DNA of 61,262 nt, counting the filler, from Nemertoderma westbladi (Eukaryota > Animalia > Xenacoelomorpha), in NCBI GenBank assembly GCA_032718475.1. It is 3 parts of 3 records of this genome, joined end to end, with 100 filler letters (N's around TTAATTAATTAA, not from the genome) between each part and the next. Parts side by side here need not be neighbours in the genome. Positions count along the whole stretch, not along the records: positions 35,803 to 61,262 come from JAUCBJ010008435.1; 2 more parts are not named here. One strand, 5' to 3'. The notes beneath the pieces are model-generated. The model was not told where the DNA came from. It did not search any database and was given only the letters and a program-made list of their open reading frames with translations. Shown in pieces: positions 60,001 through 61,262 of the stretch (its first letter is position 1; every line of letters starts with the position of its first letter). A program made the translations under genes and the position numbers.

Positions 60001-61262
60001 GATACCGTTAATAAACTGCACAATAGTTAAGCCTATATTCTATAAGAAAATATATGACAATTTTGTCGCCGTGAAAGGGGTATGACTGAGGCAAAAATAA
60101 TTAATTTGTGAAAAATATGGTTGCGTTTCGGTGTCTTGGACCAGTACGCGCTAATCCTCGACACCTCGTCAGCTGGACAGGGAATTAGCCAAGCCTATCT
60201 ATAATGCACCAATGACCTAAAATAATCGCACCATCAACTCTGTTACCACCTAGCCCAAAACAGAAGTCAGACCACAGAACACAGGAACCCTATAGGCCTA
60301 TGGTAAGTAAATATGTTACCAATGGGAAACTGGTGGAATGCTAGGGCACACACACAGTACAAAATTTAAATAAGATTTTATGATTTGCAGTAATGTCGGA
60401 ATTCTGCTCCACTTTCATAAGATGATAATTGATGTTAACGACATACTGACTAACAGGGGGTTGGTATGTATATATTAAATTAAATTAAAGGAAGAACAGG
60501 AGTCTTACACCCCCAATAAAAAATATAGAATCAGGACATTTAGCCCAAAATATTTCTCGACCCCTAGGGTCATCGAAAGAACAACAAACACACAAACACA
60601 AACACAAACAAATATAAATACATGCTAAACATACAGGTATGTGTCGCAACCCTAACCCTAAGCCTACCCGCCATACACTAAATGATACCGTTAATAAACT
60701 GCACAATAGCTAAGCCTATATTCTATAAGAAAATATATGACAATTTTGTCGCCGTGAAAGGGGTATGACTGAGGCAAAAATAATTAATTTGTGAAAAATA
60801 TGGTTGCGTTTCGGTGTCTTGGACCAGTACGCGCTAATCCTCGACACCTCGTCAGCTGGACAGGGAATTAGCCAAGCCTATCTATAATGCACCAATGACC
60901 TAAAATAATCGCACCATCAACTCTGTTACCACCTAGCCCAAAACAGAAGTCAGACCACAGAACACAGGAACCCTATAGGCCTATGGTAAGTAAATATGTT
61001 ACCAATGGGAAACTGGTGGAATGCTAGGGCACACACACAGTACAAAATTTAAATAAGATTTTATGATTTGCAGTAATGTCGGAATTCTGCTCCACTTTCA
61101 TAAGATGATAATTGATGTTAACGACATACTGACTAACAGGGGGTTGGTATGTATATATTAAATTAAATTAAAGGAAGAACAGGAGTCTTACACCCCCAAT
61201 AAAAAATATAGAATCAGGACATTTAGCCCAAAATATTTCTCGACCCCTAGGGTCATCGAAAG
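57006..61262 (-). mobile_element. 683-bp tandem array (at least 6.2 almost identical units), candidate retrozyme
   Basis: Exact 683 period, seen in the ORF track (57070, 57753, ...). One hammerhead-core motif per unit on the minus strand. Confidence 0.7.
57391..57446 (-). ncRNA. Candidate rearranged hammerhead ribozyme (also at 58074-58129, 58757-58812, 59440-59495, 60123-60178, 60806-60861)
   Basis: GUCCAG-CUGACGA-GGUGUC-gaggauuagc-GCG-UA-CUGG-uccaa-GACACC-GAAA-CGC. Confidence 0.65.

Overview
Repeat-rich metazoan (probably marine invertebrate) genomic DNA. It consists of three contigs joined by artificial 100-nt N/TTAATTAATTAA/N linkers at 13550-13649 and 35703-35802, so adjacency across the gaps is not guaranteed. 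Contig 1 holds a MULE transposase remnant, foldback repeats, a tRNA-headed hammerhead (HHR) retrozyme dimer, and a tandem array of intact Penelope-like elements (RT + GIY-YIG) with an HHR in each unit. Contig 2 holds the first coding exon of a RAVER-like RRM gene (-), LINE and MITE debris, and four exons of Cyclin J (+). Two Cyclin J exon/intron junctions are amplified into long tandem arrays, so the 5' splice site is repeated about 87 and at least 46 times. Contig 3 holds an orphan ORF, a near-intact BEL/Pao element, and a decayed Gypsy element nested in a MITE whose primer-binding site is complementary to its own LTR. It ends with a 3-kb duplication and a 683-bp tandem array. Each 683-bp unit carries a hammerhead core whose cleavage strand sits inside the stem II loop, a candidate rearranged (non-circularly permuted) ribozyme. 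All RNA structures were folded by eye and all homology calls come from remembered motifs, not searches.
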